Shown in pieces: positions 49,626-61,678 of a stretch of 64,000 bases of DNA (the first letter of the stretch is position 1; the number at the start of each line of letters is the position of its first letter). The stretch is from Flaccisagitta enflata (taxonomy: Eukaryota): contig OZ231126.1 in the NCBI GenBank assembly GCA_965153355.1, forward strand, positions 44,144,001 through 44,208,000. The letters run 5' to 3'. The notes under the pieces were generated by a model. That model saw only the letters and a program-made list of their open reading frames with translations. It did no database searches and had not been told where the DNA came from. The translations under genes were made by a program, and so were the position numbers.

Positions 49626-50759
49626 CTACGCAGTTCCATTTCCTCCGCCAGGTTTCCCCTCCTCCTCTTCCTCCTCCTCCCGCGCGCGGGTGTTGTCGTA
49701 ACTCCGCGCGGGTGTTGTCGTAACTCATCATTGCTGGTACCATTCTGTTTAGGCAGGAGGCCGTTAATAGATCTTGGCCTACGTAGTTCGTGACCGTGTT
49801 CATGGCCTGGCCCACGTAGTTGGTGACCGTATTCATGGCCGCCAAAATTGGGCCGCTGTTGATCGCGGTCAGGTTTTCGGTGATCGGTCTGTTGGCTTCA
49901 AAGGCTTCGTGCCCGTGGCGATTTACGGCTCCCGCGTACGCGTTCAGAAACCCGCTGACGGAATAGTTGTGGGCGTCTATGACCACTCGGTTGCATCGTT
50001 TGTGGAAGTTGTGGGCCATCATCATGGTGCTGATCTCGCGCAGTCTTCCAGCCGTGATGTCCGCTGGCAACATTTGCGTATGTTGAGTTGAGTATCCCAT
50101 GACTGTATAGGTGATGACGCGGTTGTGTTCCGTTGACCTTACAGCATCTGGGGTACATCCGTCTGTATCTGTTGGTCCATCGGCTGTACAGCCCGAGTCA
50201 GTTACCTCGCTCTGCATTCCTTCTAATCTTCTCAGTTCGTTGTCTGTCAGATTCATTATTCTAACGTCTGTTTCATTTGGCTGCCGCTTGAAGTGATCTG
50301 CTGCTTCCTTGTATGTTCTTTTGAGGCGCTCAATTGTTTCCTCCGCATTTTTCCTGTCTATCTCAGGATAGAGACGGTGCGGATTGAGGTAGTAGGGCGG
50401 AGATCGGGAGTTGTCTGTTCTGCGTATCTGTTGGTAGGTCTTCCGCTGCTGTTGTTAGTGTTGTCTTTAGTGTTGTTATTAGTGTTGTTGTTAGTGCCTT
50501 CACTGTTATTATTAGTGCTGTCTTTGGTTTCGTTGTGAGCGATTGCTGTCACCATCGTTGGAGGGAGCTGCTTTTCTTGTTTTGTGTTGACTCGGACGAT
50601 TGGGGAGATGTCGAAATTTGTGGCGCGGATGTTTTTGCTGTTGTCGTTGAGCGGAGGAGCGGCTGTTGGCGTTGATTGGAAGACGTCATCCTCCGTCTCA
50701 TTCTCCTCCTCATCCTGTTTTCGATTAAGAATTTGAGAGGGTTTTTTAGAGTAAGTTAT
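49626..50759 (-). pseudogene. LINE-associated ORF3 (about 350 aa when repaired): low-complexity N-terminus, helical segment, putative degenerate SGNH-like domain, acidic tail
   Basis: Frame A is open 50759-50358 and frame B is open 50455-49483; removing a 22-bp duplication gives the end MMSYDNTRAREEEEEEEGKPGGGNGTA* at 49626; the two copies of a 33-bp duplicate differ only at synonymous sites. Confidence 0.65.
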
Positions 50760-51114
50760 TCATGGGGGGTTTAGCATGAGTACAGCAAATAACAACAGTA
50801 ACACAATTCAATTATACAGGAAGCGGTGCACCATACCCCCATGAGTTCATATACCATGTAGCAGCATAGTGCTTTAATGCATAAGCTCCTTTTTATCCTG
50901 GAACTCTTTGTTAGTCTGTCTCTTTTCTCTCTCTGTTCTATTACTTTGACTGCTACTCTTTCGTTTTCTCTTTTACATGTTTTGCTGGAGAGATTAACCG
51001 AGGCACTCATCCATTCTGTGAGCTGTGGGAGATATACAGTACAGTATCAGTGATAGTAGACTATATATGGGCATACTACATGATAAGGCAGGATCAGATT
51101 TATCATGGATGTCG

Positions 51115-54064
51115 TCATGGGTCATGGTAGTGTTCAATGTCAAAAACACAGTCTGAGCATGAGTTTGGTAGTGTGCGAGTCCTGAGGCTGTTGAGATGTA
51201 TGTCTAGTGGTGATTTGTTTGTGGTGCATTCACGTCTCTCAATTGCTCTTTGCCTGTATTTGCCCATTAATTTAGATGGGCATGATTTGTGTATTCTAGT
51301 GAGGGTTGCATGTGCCCTTTCTGTTATGGTTTTTTGTATGCAGACGGCTCCTGTTGTTTCCATTGTGGCCATGTTTGATGCCTTTCTTGGTATTCCTGCA
51401 AAGGCTTTTAGGGCCCTTAGTTGTCTATCTCTTATTAATTTCCAGTGATGGTCTGCCATTGGAAGATAGGCGCTAGCGCCGTAGTCAAATAGTGATGTCA
51501 CCAAGGAGTTAAAGAGTTGGTGAATAAGTTTAGTTCCAATTTGCTTGCTGCTGTCAATTAGTCTTTTTATTTGCCAGATTCTTGGCCATGCTTTTCCACA
51601 TAGTGACCTTATGTAGTCTCCCCATCTTAGTTGTTGGTCAATTTTTAGCCCCAAAAAGGTGGCACTTTTTGTTACTGGTATTATTTCGCCTAGTAGTTTA
51701 ACTTCTGGTTTTGAGTTAAATTTTGCTGGGCTTCTGGTGAAAGCCACTATCTGTGATTTGGCCGGGGCTGGTAACAGGCGCCATTTTCTACACCAGCGCT
51801 CTATTGCGTCCAGGATCTCTTGCAGTCTTTCTGTTGAGTTTGCAAGAGTGGGTCTCGAGACCCACTCGCCAGTGTCGTCAGCATACGATGATGATCCGTC
51901 TTCTTTGTGCTTGTCATAGATTATTGGTTCGTCTTGATCAACTGGCTCTGTTCTATATGTAGCCACTGTTTGGTTTTTTTGGTGTTCAATTTCCTTCGGG
52001 TTCATATCACCTCCTGGGAGGTCATATGTGAAAAAGGTGTATATGCCGGGGCTATTTACACCACCTTGTGGGGCCCCAGCATTAATTTCTGCTTTGGCAG
52101 TTTCCAATTTGCCGTTGCTTATGTATATCATTCTTTCTTCAAGGAAGCTGCCCAATATTCTTGTTAGCCATAGTGGGAGCTTGCTTCTAAGCATCTTGAA
52201 TTTTGCGCCATTGGACCACAAGCCGTCGAAGGCTTTAGAAATGTCCAGAAAGCAGCCTATTGTGACTTTCCTTAGTTTTAGTCCATGGTGTATATCTTCA
52301 ATTAGTCTGTGAAATGCTTCTTGACATGATCGACCTGAGAGGAAGCCAGCTTGCTTTGTTCTGTGGAGTCCTAATTTTTCCCTCCACATTTGGAAGCGGC
52401 CATTGATGTATCTCTCCATTAGCTTGCCCATGACGTTTGTCAGGGAGATGGGTCTATAGCTGCCTGATTGAGTTTTATCTTTATTAGGCTTCAACAGCAT
52501 GATAATTTTGGCTACCTTCCATTTTTGTGGGAAGTAGCCTTTTTTGATGCAGGCTGTAAATATTTTGTTCATCCATAAAATGGCTTCTTTCCTAAAGTTT
52601 TTGACATCTAAATGAGTGATGCCATTGGGCCCGGGGGCACCGTTTCTCTTTATCTTTCTGATGAGTTCTACCGTGTTTTCTAGTGTGACATTTGCCTCAC
52701 ATGCAATTTCAGCTTCTTCTTCTTTAGTTAGATTCTCATAGATTAGATTTTCGGCCATTCATTTTCGACCGCCAATTCTACTTCCTGCTTCCATTTTTCA
52801 TCCATGTGGTCTGCAGTGGCTGTGCTGCAGGTCTTTACCATTCTTTTAAGGTGGATTTCTAAATTTTCTTGCTCATTCTCAGCCCAGGTGCCATCTTCTT
52901 TTTTTAGTGCCGTCGTTGCATCATTTAGTATTTTTTCTCTGTTCATAATTCCATTCATTTGTTTCCATCTTTTGGCCGGGTCTTTCTCTAGCAGCATTTT
53001 ATTTACTTTGTTTATCTTTCTGTTTTCATCCAGTTTTGCCAGTCTTCTTTTGATCTCTCTATTCAAGAAGTTGATTCTGGACTTGTTGGTGGGATCTTCT
53101 GTTTCCTTTTTCCTCTTCCTTTGTCTTACAAGTTTTCTTCTTTCAGTTATTAGCCCGTTGGTCTCTTTGTCTATTGGTATACCATTGGAGGTTCTCACCT
53201 GGATCTCTATTGAGTGTTCCTTTTTTACTCTTTGTATGATGGATGTCAGGGTCTCAATTTTTCGGTTCATGGATTTCCATCTGTCTTATTTGCATGTCTA
53301 GGTTTTCCCCAAAGCCCTCATAGTCAATTGTGGAAATGGTGGATTTAGTGTTTATTTCTCTTTGTCCTGTGTTTTTTATAGTTAGACATAGTGGGAGGTG
53401 ATCACTTCCTATTGTATCGAGGACAGTGAGTGATTCTGCCAATTGCAGTCCTCTGTTGTTGGTGATGGCAATGTCCAAAACGTTGTCCCGGCCTTCTCCT
53501 GCGCAGAGGTATGTCTTTTCTTCATTTGGTATGGGTGTTAGGTTGAATTTTGCAAGTAATTCTACTAACAAGTAATTCTACTAACTCCTTGCCAGCCGTG
53601 GTGTCAGTGTTTCCATGTAGAGCAGTATGTGAGCTGTTTAGGTCTCCAAGTAAGTACATCGGTAGTCTTTCACTTTCTGCTATATGGACAATTTGTGATA
53701 TTTGTTCTTCAGATATAATATTTCCTGGTCTTTTATAGATAGTGGAAAGGAGTATTGGCTGTTTTCCTGTATGGACTTTTGCAATTAGGCATTCCTGGGA
53801 TTGTGCTGGATATTGCTGAATAAACACATTTTTGTCTAGTAGCAAGGCTGAGTCTTTGACCATCATGGCTGACATACCATTGAATCTCATGTCTTTCATG
53901 TCATTAGTTCTGATGTCATTTAGTAGGTAGACAGTGTCAATGCCCTCTTTCTTGTTTTTATCTATTAGTTTGTTTAGTAGGTGAAGTCTTCCAGGCCGTC
54001 CATTTGTGTTACCTTGAACGATGCAGAGGCGGTTATTTCCTTCCCTTTGTGCCGGCCTTCCCAT
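51115..54064 (-). pseudogene. LINE ORF2: apurinic-type endonuclease plus reverse transcriptase, three frameshifts
   Basis: APE motifs IVQGNTNG, IYKRP, LGDLNS, VLDIAI, GSDHLP; RT motifs APGPNGI, YRPISL, QAGF, FLDISKAFD, GAPQG, YADD, FLG; ATG at 54064 overlaps the ORF1 end; no RNase H seen. Confidence 0.93.
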
Positions 54065-55868
54065 TGTTGGTAGGAGGAGGGGCCTGTGCTTTCGCTTCCA
54101 GAAGGCCCTTCGTTGATGATGCACTCGGAATGCCCGTTGCTGTTTGTCTCCTTGGGATGCTGCTGGCCTTCGTCAGTGGAGGGAGGTCCTTTGGGATTAC
54201 TGTCGTTGCTGACGCCCATGTTATTGTTGTTGTTGCCGCGTTTTGTGTTGCCGTCTGAGAGAGGGAGGCTGGGTGGATTGTCGCCGCTGCTGATGGCGGC
54301 GTTTCCGTTAGTGTAGAGCTTGGCGTTATCACTGTTGTCTTGACCACTGGCGGTTGTGGTTGCTGTGGGTGTTGTATTAGTGGAGCCGTTGTTGGCCCAT
54401 GGCAGTTGTTTGGGCAGATCGAAGCGGAGAGTTGGGAGGTCCCTGCTTGATTTTGGCAGGTCCTTTGGAGGAATTGCCGGTTTTCTTGAAGGCACGGGAA
54501 GCTGTTCGTTGTCGTCTCCCTTCCCAGCCATGGCTGGTTGTTGAGCGGCTGACCTGAGGTAACATATTCAATTAGTTTATTGAGGCCTTGCTCACTGAAG
54601 GTTACCCGCCCATTATATTTGAGCTGGGCCTGTATATCTGCCATTAGTGGGGAGTTATTTGCGCATGATCTGGATTGAACCCAATTAGGCCCAATTACCA
54701 CACCTGTCTGCGCTTGCGCTTGCTTCATTTCCTTTCCTTGGCTTTGGCGCTCTTGCTGTGGAGGAGGAGGAGGAGCCTCGGCTTCTCCTGTTTGACCTGT
54801 TGCAACATTATTACCTTTTGCATTAGTTATTTCTTCAGACAGTGGTTTGAGATTAGATAGCAGCGGATTTAGTGATGACCTTATGGCTTTGAGTTTTGAT
54901 CCATACCTTTGTAGATTCTCTTTCTGTCTGGCTGATCCGTCGGACGCCTTCACTTCTTGGTTTGGTTCAGCTGGTTCTGCCGCTGTTGCTCCAACCAGTT
55001 TCGCCCCATCTTTGTCGGACTCTTTGCCGGACTGACTATTATTGCCGGTCATGCCTGCAATGTGTAGACATAGTTGCTCTACAACTCCTGTAAGGTCATA
55101 GATTGCTTTTGTAAGGTCCTTCTGATTTAGTTCATCGACTTTTTTCTTATCCTCTGGATGTTGTTCAGTCAGGTCTATAACATGTGGCCTTGTGGTGTTT
55201 TCAGCGACTGTCTCTTGCGTCTGTCTTTGGATCTGTGGCATTGTTTGTCGTACTGGTGGGAAGTCCTCTTGTAGAGGTACAAATGGCATTGGCCATGAGT
55301 TAGTACCTATGTGTTGTTCATTAGTCGGATATGGGATAAATTGTGGTGGCTGTCCAAAGGGGGGGGGCCCACTGGTGCCAGGACCTTGCCCCAGACATTT
55401 TGGGGTTCCCATGCATTATGTATACCATTTTGCAAATTATTAGGCACAATGTTCAGATTGTTTCCTCCCTGATTCGAGTTATTATTCAAGTACATGGCTT
55501 CGTCCTCCTTTCTATTACTATAATACTCGTTGCTTTCATTTTTACCTCCATTTCTCGTTTGGTCGTACTCCCTTTTGGCTGGGCAATCTCTGTGGTTGGA
55601 TTGTACTCCCTTCTTTCCACAGTTCGCGCATTTCCGGTCTTTTCTGTCGCAGATGCTGACGGACCCATCTGGCGCGTAGTGGAGATGTTCTCCGCATCGG
55701 AAGCAGATCGGCGCGTTGGCCGTATCGCAGTCTTTTTTCTCGTGCCCCCAGCGCTGGCACCGGAAGCACTGATAGACAGACTGATAGACAGACAGCCTGT
55801 ATGTGCGCTTTTTGGTGATTCTTTAGGCGAAAAGTCTTATGTAGAAACAAGTGGGAATTGCCAATCAA
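54033..55868 (-). pseudogene. LINE ORF1 (gag-like), three zinc knuckles followed by a long Q/P/T/N-rich region, frameshifted
   Basis: Frame not in the ORF track (about 55770-55580): CFRCQRWGHEKKDC, CFRCGEHLHYAPDGSVSIC, CANCGKKGVQSNHRDC; continues into ORFs 55307-55495 and 54033-55412; degenerate upstream part may reach about 56460. Confidence 0.85.
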
Positions 55869-57683
55869 GTTAAGTCAGTATTTACATCTGCAAAGCAATC
55901 AAACATTAACGCTTAAACGCTGAAAAGTTTTGGTTCTTGTTGTAGACCGCGGGCAAGCAAGTTTCACTCAGAAATGGTTGAGATTATCGTTACATAGTTG
56001 TGGACAAGCAAGTTTCACTTGTAAATGGTTGAGATTATCGTTATATAGTTGTGGACAAGTCCGCGACTAACAAGGTCGTCCTAGTTTTTGCACATGCCCT
56101 TATCTATTTTGGTAAGTATTAGTGTTTTGGGTTAGACTCAGAATGGATGTTTGCACGTTAGTTTTGCTAAATGGAAAACTAGGAGTGATGCGGGTAGTAA
56201 CTAGTCAGTTTGGGTATAGTGAGGGATATTGTTCCACCTATCACACCCTTCAATTAACTAAAGTAGTTTTCGCATTGGGAAAATTCCTTTCCCTCTGGCT
56301 CCTCCCTGTCCTCCTTCTATCTCCTCCTTCCATCCTCTCCTCCCTCCCTTTTCCTCCTTCCCTTCTTCTATATTTCAGGAACCTCATCCTCCTTCCAGGA
56401 TGGACCCATTCTGGTCTGGTTATGTCCCTATGCCCTCTGCTGAACTCATTTTTGTTGTAACTTAAGGCCCAAAATTGAGATCAATGAAAAATATAGATCT
56501 TTGAGAAAAATGCGGAAAATATGAAAAAATAAAAAAAGATTCAAAAATTCATAGCGCCTAAAGTATTGGTCCGACAGTGCCCTGCTTTTTTCCAGAAGGT
56601 GTAAAAAAGTGCCCTCTTTCACCCTGTACCAATTTCAACCCCAGCCTCAGGCGAGCCTATTTCTGACTCAAATGCTCAAATTGTCGCAAGCAAAAAAAGA
56701 AAACATTTTTCCCAATTAGACCTTTTTTTATAAATGAGACATGAGCCTGGGATGGGTAAAGGTTTTTAGAACAAAATAGGAGAATGCCTAGGCTGAGATT
56801 CGGTTTCGGCAATTTCAACGAAATTGCTCTTATAACATCTTAATACGCTATTTCTTTCTCATAAGAACCTAGTCTATAGAAGAACATCAAGGCTTTATAT
56901 TGCTCCAAAATTAGGAATAGTGTAGTTATTTCATTAATAGCCTTCTCTATATCTTTTAAAGGCTTTGGCCAAAAAATGACGTACCTATAACAAAAAGTGA
57001 AGTAATTACAGTAACAAGTTCAAATTTCTCAGAAAAATTGGAAGATTTTCTTAACCCTAACATCATTTTTTAGATTGCCTTTGAAACTAGACATTCATAT
57101 AATAAAGATTATATTTCAAATTACGTTAAATGCAATACTACTTTTCACTGTATTTTTGTATTTATTTAGCCATTCTGACGCATTTGGGAAATTAAGAAAG
57201 CTGTAAGCTAATTTAAGCCTCAATGCAGATAAAAATTTAAGAACACCCAGGTTGAGTTAAAATAATAAATTTATGAATGAATGTTGTTTACAAATGCATG
57301 AATAAATGAATGATTAAGCGATAGAAAGGGTGAAGGAGAATAATAGTGCTGGTTTTTGAAAGAAAGAGCCTTGGACTTCGTGATTTAAGAGTTTGCACGA
57401 CAGACCAACCAACCATGCAACGGACACAACCTCTTATAGATATTTGAGGACGCAACTAAAAATGATGTCTCTTATTGAAAAAAAAGTGTTCGAAACGAAA
57501 GTTCCATCTTCTGCGCAAAGGAAGTTGTTGTTTTTGTTGTTGCTGATGTTGTCATGGTTAGTATGGTTGTTGTTGATGATTTTAATGTTGTTTTTATTGT
57601 CACATTTGTTGTTTCCTCAGCACTGACACCCCATAATGAGAAAGACAAGCGAAAACTAATGAGATGTTTTTGAGTGTATGTGA

Positions 57684-57780
<97 letters not shown>

Positions 57781-58226
57781 TGTGTGTGTGTGTCTGTGTG
57801 TGTGTGTTTTTTAGCTTGAAAATCAGAAACCCGGGGTTACAGTATCGTTGCGTTGCACATACAGCCCCATCCCCACCACACACACACACACGCACACGCA
57901 CACGCACACGCGTACCCAATAATAACTGCCGCTTCATAATTGCGTGATATTGTACTTTTCAACCCAGAAGTGATGGAGGGAGGGACGGACGGACTAAGCC
58001 TCTTAGAAAATTACGTGGCCGCAATAAAAAGTTACAACCGGAATTTTTCTGAACGATTTTTTTCTTTAAAGCACGCCGAGCCTGTAAATGTTCTATGCAT
58101 TTTGATAGGAATTTTTCCATTTTTGCATTCATCATACGATTTGGAGCAAGTAAGGGGAACAAAGTTGTTTTTTTTTAAGTCGCTTTTTGATCGATTTTTT
58201 GCAATAAATAGTGCACTGTCAACCAA

Positions 58227-58749
58227 AACAAGGCCAACACCTATAAGTCGCGTGCGAGACCTAAACAATTACGTTATTACATAACCACATAACTATAATT
58301 ACTTTCATTGAATTTGATAAAAATAAGATGACTTAAAATGATCAAAAATGACTTAAAATGACCTAAATTGACTTGAATTGACCTAAAATGACTAAAATAA
58401 CTTAAATTGACTTAAAATAACTTTAGATGAATTTAAATGACTTAAATTGACCTAGAATGACTTAAATTGAACTTAACTGATATGACCAAAATTGACTTAA
58501 ATAGACCAAAAATCACTAAAATGATGAAAACTATTAGAATAACTTAAATGACTTAAATTGACTTAAACTGACTTTGAATGACCTAGAATAACTTATTAAA
58601 ATGATCTAATTTGACTTTAAATAACCTAATTGACTTAAAATGAGTGAGTAGGAATAAAACGGATAAAAAAACTAAAGTGTGACCGACCGACCAACCGACC
58701 GACCGACGGACAAAGCGGGGTGTAGAGTCGCGTAGCATGCGACTAAAAA
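58227..58749 (-). mobile_element. HINE-like family A copy
   Basis: Reverse-complement homolog of 1607-2141. Confidence 0.75.
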
Positions 58750-59497
58750 TGTTTTCGTGTGCATCATGGAACCTTATTATTAGAGCTCTCCAACAAAATG
58801 AAGTGGTCCGCAAGTAGGAGTTTGATTGCACAAAAAGCAGTCTATACAAGGAGGAAAGTGATATAACCTGTAAACTGGGCGTTAGAATAATTCCATACGT
58901 TCATTTTTAGTCGCAGACACGCGACTCTACACCTTGCCGTGTCGGTCGGTAGGTCGGTAGGGAATATTTTTAAATTATGAGCGGTTTTCGCATTACGGCC
59001 CCTGCCCAACCGTCCGCGACTGTCTTGCCATGTATCAGGCCTCGTTCAGTTTCTGTCAAAGGTCCAGTTACGGTTTAATGATCTAATTTTTCTCCCAAAT
59101 GTGTTCAATATGATAATAACTGACTATGATAATTTTTTCTACCATCGTTTTTACTGATTTGTCACCCAAAGCCAATATCACCTGCAGATGGTCGGATGAC
59201 AAAAAGATTTCAGAAAATTGAAGGGTGTAACTTATCTTTTTTATCTACGACACTTCCCGTCGGCGATAAGCTTTGGAATATTTACTGGGGTTGTGGAACA
59301 TGTTCAACTGTTTGAATTTTTGAAAGATATTCTAGCTTGTAAATAAGAAATCTTGAAAATGGACAAATTTTTTGCATTTTCAAAAACATACGAGGCAAGA
59401 GTAATTTACTAGCGTAGTATGTTTTTGGATTTTTGATATCTTCACTTTTTATGCAAATTTGTTATTTACAGAGAGCATGAAATTGACAGCTGGGCTA

Positions 59498-60073
59498 CAG
59501 TGGGGTTCGTGGAATAAGAGCCTAAACTGGAGGAAGGTATTTAAGTGTTTTAATTTCATTTGACAAACTTGATATTTGAAATATAAGTTATTCACTGGAT
59601 GTTTTTGTCCCTGAGTTTTTCGGTTGCTATGGAAACCAAAATTATTTTTTCAAACATTATTAACCACTAAAATATCAATATTTTGAGAAATATTGTCAGG
59701 GAACATTGCTCGAGATTAAATTTGCTACAACTTTCCCACAGTATGTTCTATAAGAATATTGCTCGTTTGGCCGTTGCTAGGGGGCATCACACCTAGCAAC
59801 CGCTAAATGATGCTCCCTAGCAACGGCTAAACGAGCAATATTCTTACAGGACATACTGTGAGCAATGTTCCCTGATAATATTTGTCAAAATATTGATATT
59901 CTAGTTGTTATGAATGTTCAAAAAAATAATTTTGGTTTCCATAGCAACCGAAAAACTCAGGGACAAAAGCATCAAGTTAACAACTTATATTTCAAATATC
60001 AAGTCTGTTAAATGATATTAAGACACTTTAATACCTTCCTCCAGTTTAGGCTGTTATTCCACGAACCCCACTG
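59498..60073. mobile_element. 576-bp foldback MITE with TA TSD
   Basis: TA|CAGTGGGGTTCGTGGAATAA...TTATTCCACGAACCCCACTG|TA; arms pair to a centre near 59795. Confidence 0.9.
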
Positions 60074-60159
60074 TAAGTATTATTAAAAGCACATACAAAT
60101 CTGCTCGCTTGAATGCGTGCTTGCTTGCATTTTAAAAAGAAAGACAATGGTGAGAATTG

Positions 60160-60622
60160 GGAAAATAAAACAAAAGAAAGAAAATGGACAAAGAGAAAAG
60201 AAAGGAAGAAAGAAATAAAGAAAGAAAGAAAGAAAAGAAGGAAGAAAGAAAGAAAGAAAGAAAGAATGGAAGAAAGAAAGACTGGAAGAAAGAAAGAATG
60301 GAAGAAAGAAAAAAAGGAATAGAAAGGAAATAAAAGAATTAAGAAAGAATCGAAGAAATGAAGGAAAGAAAGAAGTAAAATTGAAGAAAAGACAGAGGGA
60401 AGACAGAGGGAAACAAAAAAAGTCTGTATTAACTCCTCCCAGTCACGGACGTGTTAGCAGGAATAGAAAACCTCATAACGAATTATTGACTGACCGACCA
60501 ACTGACCAACTGACCGAATAAGAGGCGGATGGACCAACATAGCAGTTTCTGGAGTCGCGTGTCCGCGACCAAATTGAGAAAGAATAAAAAAAAGAAAGAA
60601 AAAAAAAAGAAGAAAAGGAGGA

Positions 60623-60698
<76 letters not shown>

Positions 60699-60797
60699 AA
60701 AAGAAAGAAATCATAAAGGAAAGAGAAGGGGAGAAAGAAAGAAACAATAAAGGAAAGAGAAGGGAGAAAGAAAGAAACAATAAAGGAAAGAGAAGGG

Positions 60798-60832
<35 letters not shown>

Positions 60833-60899
60833 ATAAAGGAAAGAGAAGGGGAGAAAGAAAGAAACAATAAAGGAAAGAGAAGGGAGAAAGAAAGAAGGA

Positions 60900-60967
<68 letters not shown>

Positions 60968-60975
60968 ACGAAAAA
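60160..60975. repeat. (GAAA)n-rich low-complexity tract interrupted by a family A fragment
   Basis: Direct reading. Confidence 0.9.
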
Positions 60976-61278
60976 TAGAAGGCCGGATACAGGGCCAATA
61001 AGCAGCCGCTTGCGGTTGGGCAGGGGCTTTAAGTGGATGGGCCGATTTGGCGTCGTTCAGAAATTTGCGTTACGGATCTTCCTTCCTACCAAACAAGCGG
61101 CACAGAGTCGCTTAGCAAGCCAATCAGGGAGCTAGGAGAATCCCAGTCAGTCTATACCAGTTGATTATAGGCCGGCCCTATAAAAGCCGGGAGTAAAGTA
61201 TTTACCTTTCCCATAGGATCTTTTCTTTCTTTCCTCCTTTCTTTCTTTCTGTCTTTCCCTCTTTTTTCCCTCTTTCTC

Positions 61279-61310
<32 letters not shown>

Positions 61311-61649
61311 TCATTCATTCATTCAGTCCTTCTTTGTTTCTTTGTTTGTTTCTTTGTTTGTTTGTTTCATTCTTTGTTTCTCTCTGTCTTTCTGATGATA
61401 TTCTATTTTCGTCTCTCTGTATATACTCAACTTTTTTGCATCATTCGATCTTTTTACCTTTTTAACTTTTTTTTCATTCACGATTTTAACATTCTTTCAA
61501 TCTTTTGATATGCAATGGCAGCTAACGTCTTGGTCAAATATCCTATAAAATCAAAAATGTTTCATGTTGACTCATCCTAAGTAATACAGCCTGCTCTTAC
61601 GCTTGCGAACACGTAGAGTCGTAATCGAGCGACGTCGATGATAACAATC

Positions 61650-61663
61650 GTTGTCATGGTAAC
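61650..61663. promoter_or_regulatory. RFX X-box-like palindrome GTTGTCATGGTAAC
   Basis: Matches the GTTNCCATGGNAAC-type X-box; 141 bp upstream of the hnRNP ATG in a CpG-rich stretch. Confidence 0.55.
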
Positions 61664-61672
61664 CGCAAACAT

Positions 61673-61678
61673 TCAGTC
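61673..61678 (+). promoter_or_regulatory. Candidate arthropod initiator TCAGTC
   Basis: Matches TCAKTY; between the X-box and the ATG at 61804. Confidence 0.4.

Larger units (their letters stand above)
49265..56460 (-). mobile_element. Decayed near-full-length APE-type LINE (I/Jockey group) with an additional downstream ORF
   Basis: Zinc-knuckle ORF1, APE-RT ORF2 and ORF3 all on the minus strand; uniform A-rich sense strand; both boundaries approximate; possible (AAG)n tail at 48997-49077 beyond the gap. Confidence 0.85.

Noticed and set aside
55343-55873. 176-aa + strand ORF and other + strand ORFs over 49.5-56.5 kb
   Set aside because: Antisense shadows of the LINE ORFs
61118-61190. CCAAT (agccaatcag) and TATAAAA motifs as the hnRNP promoter
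   Set aside because: About 600 bp from the ATG, adjacent to repeat-derived sequence and separated by a pyrimidine tract; cannot be supported
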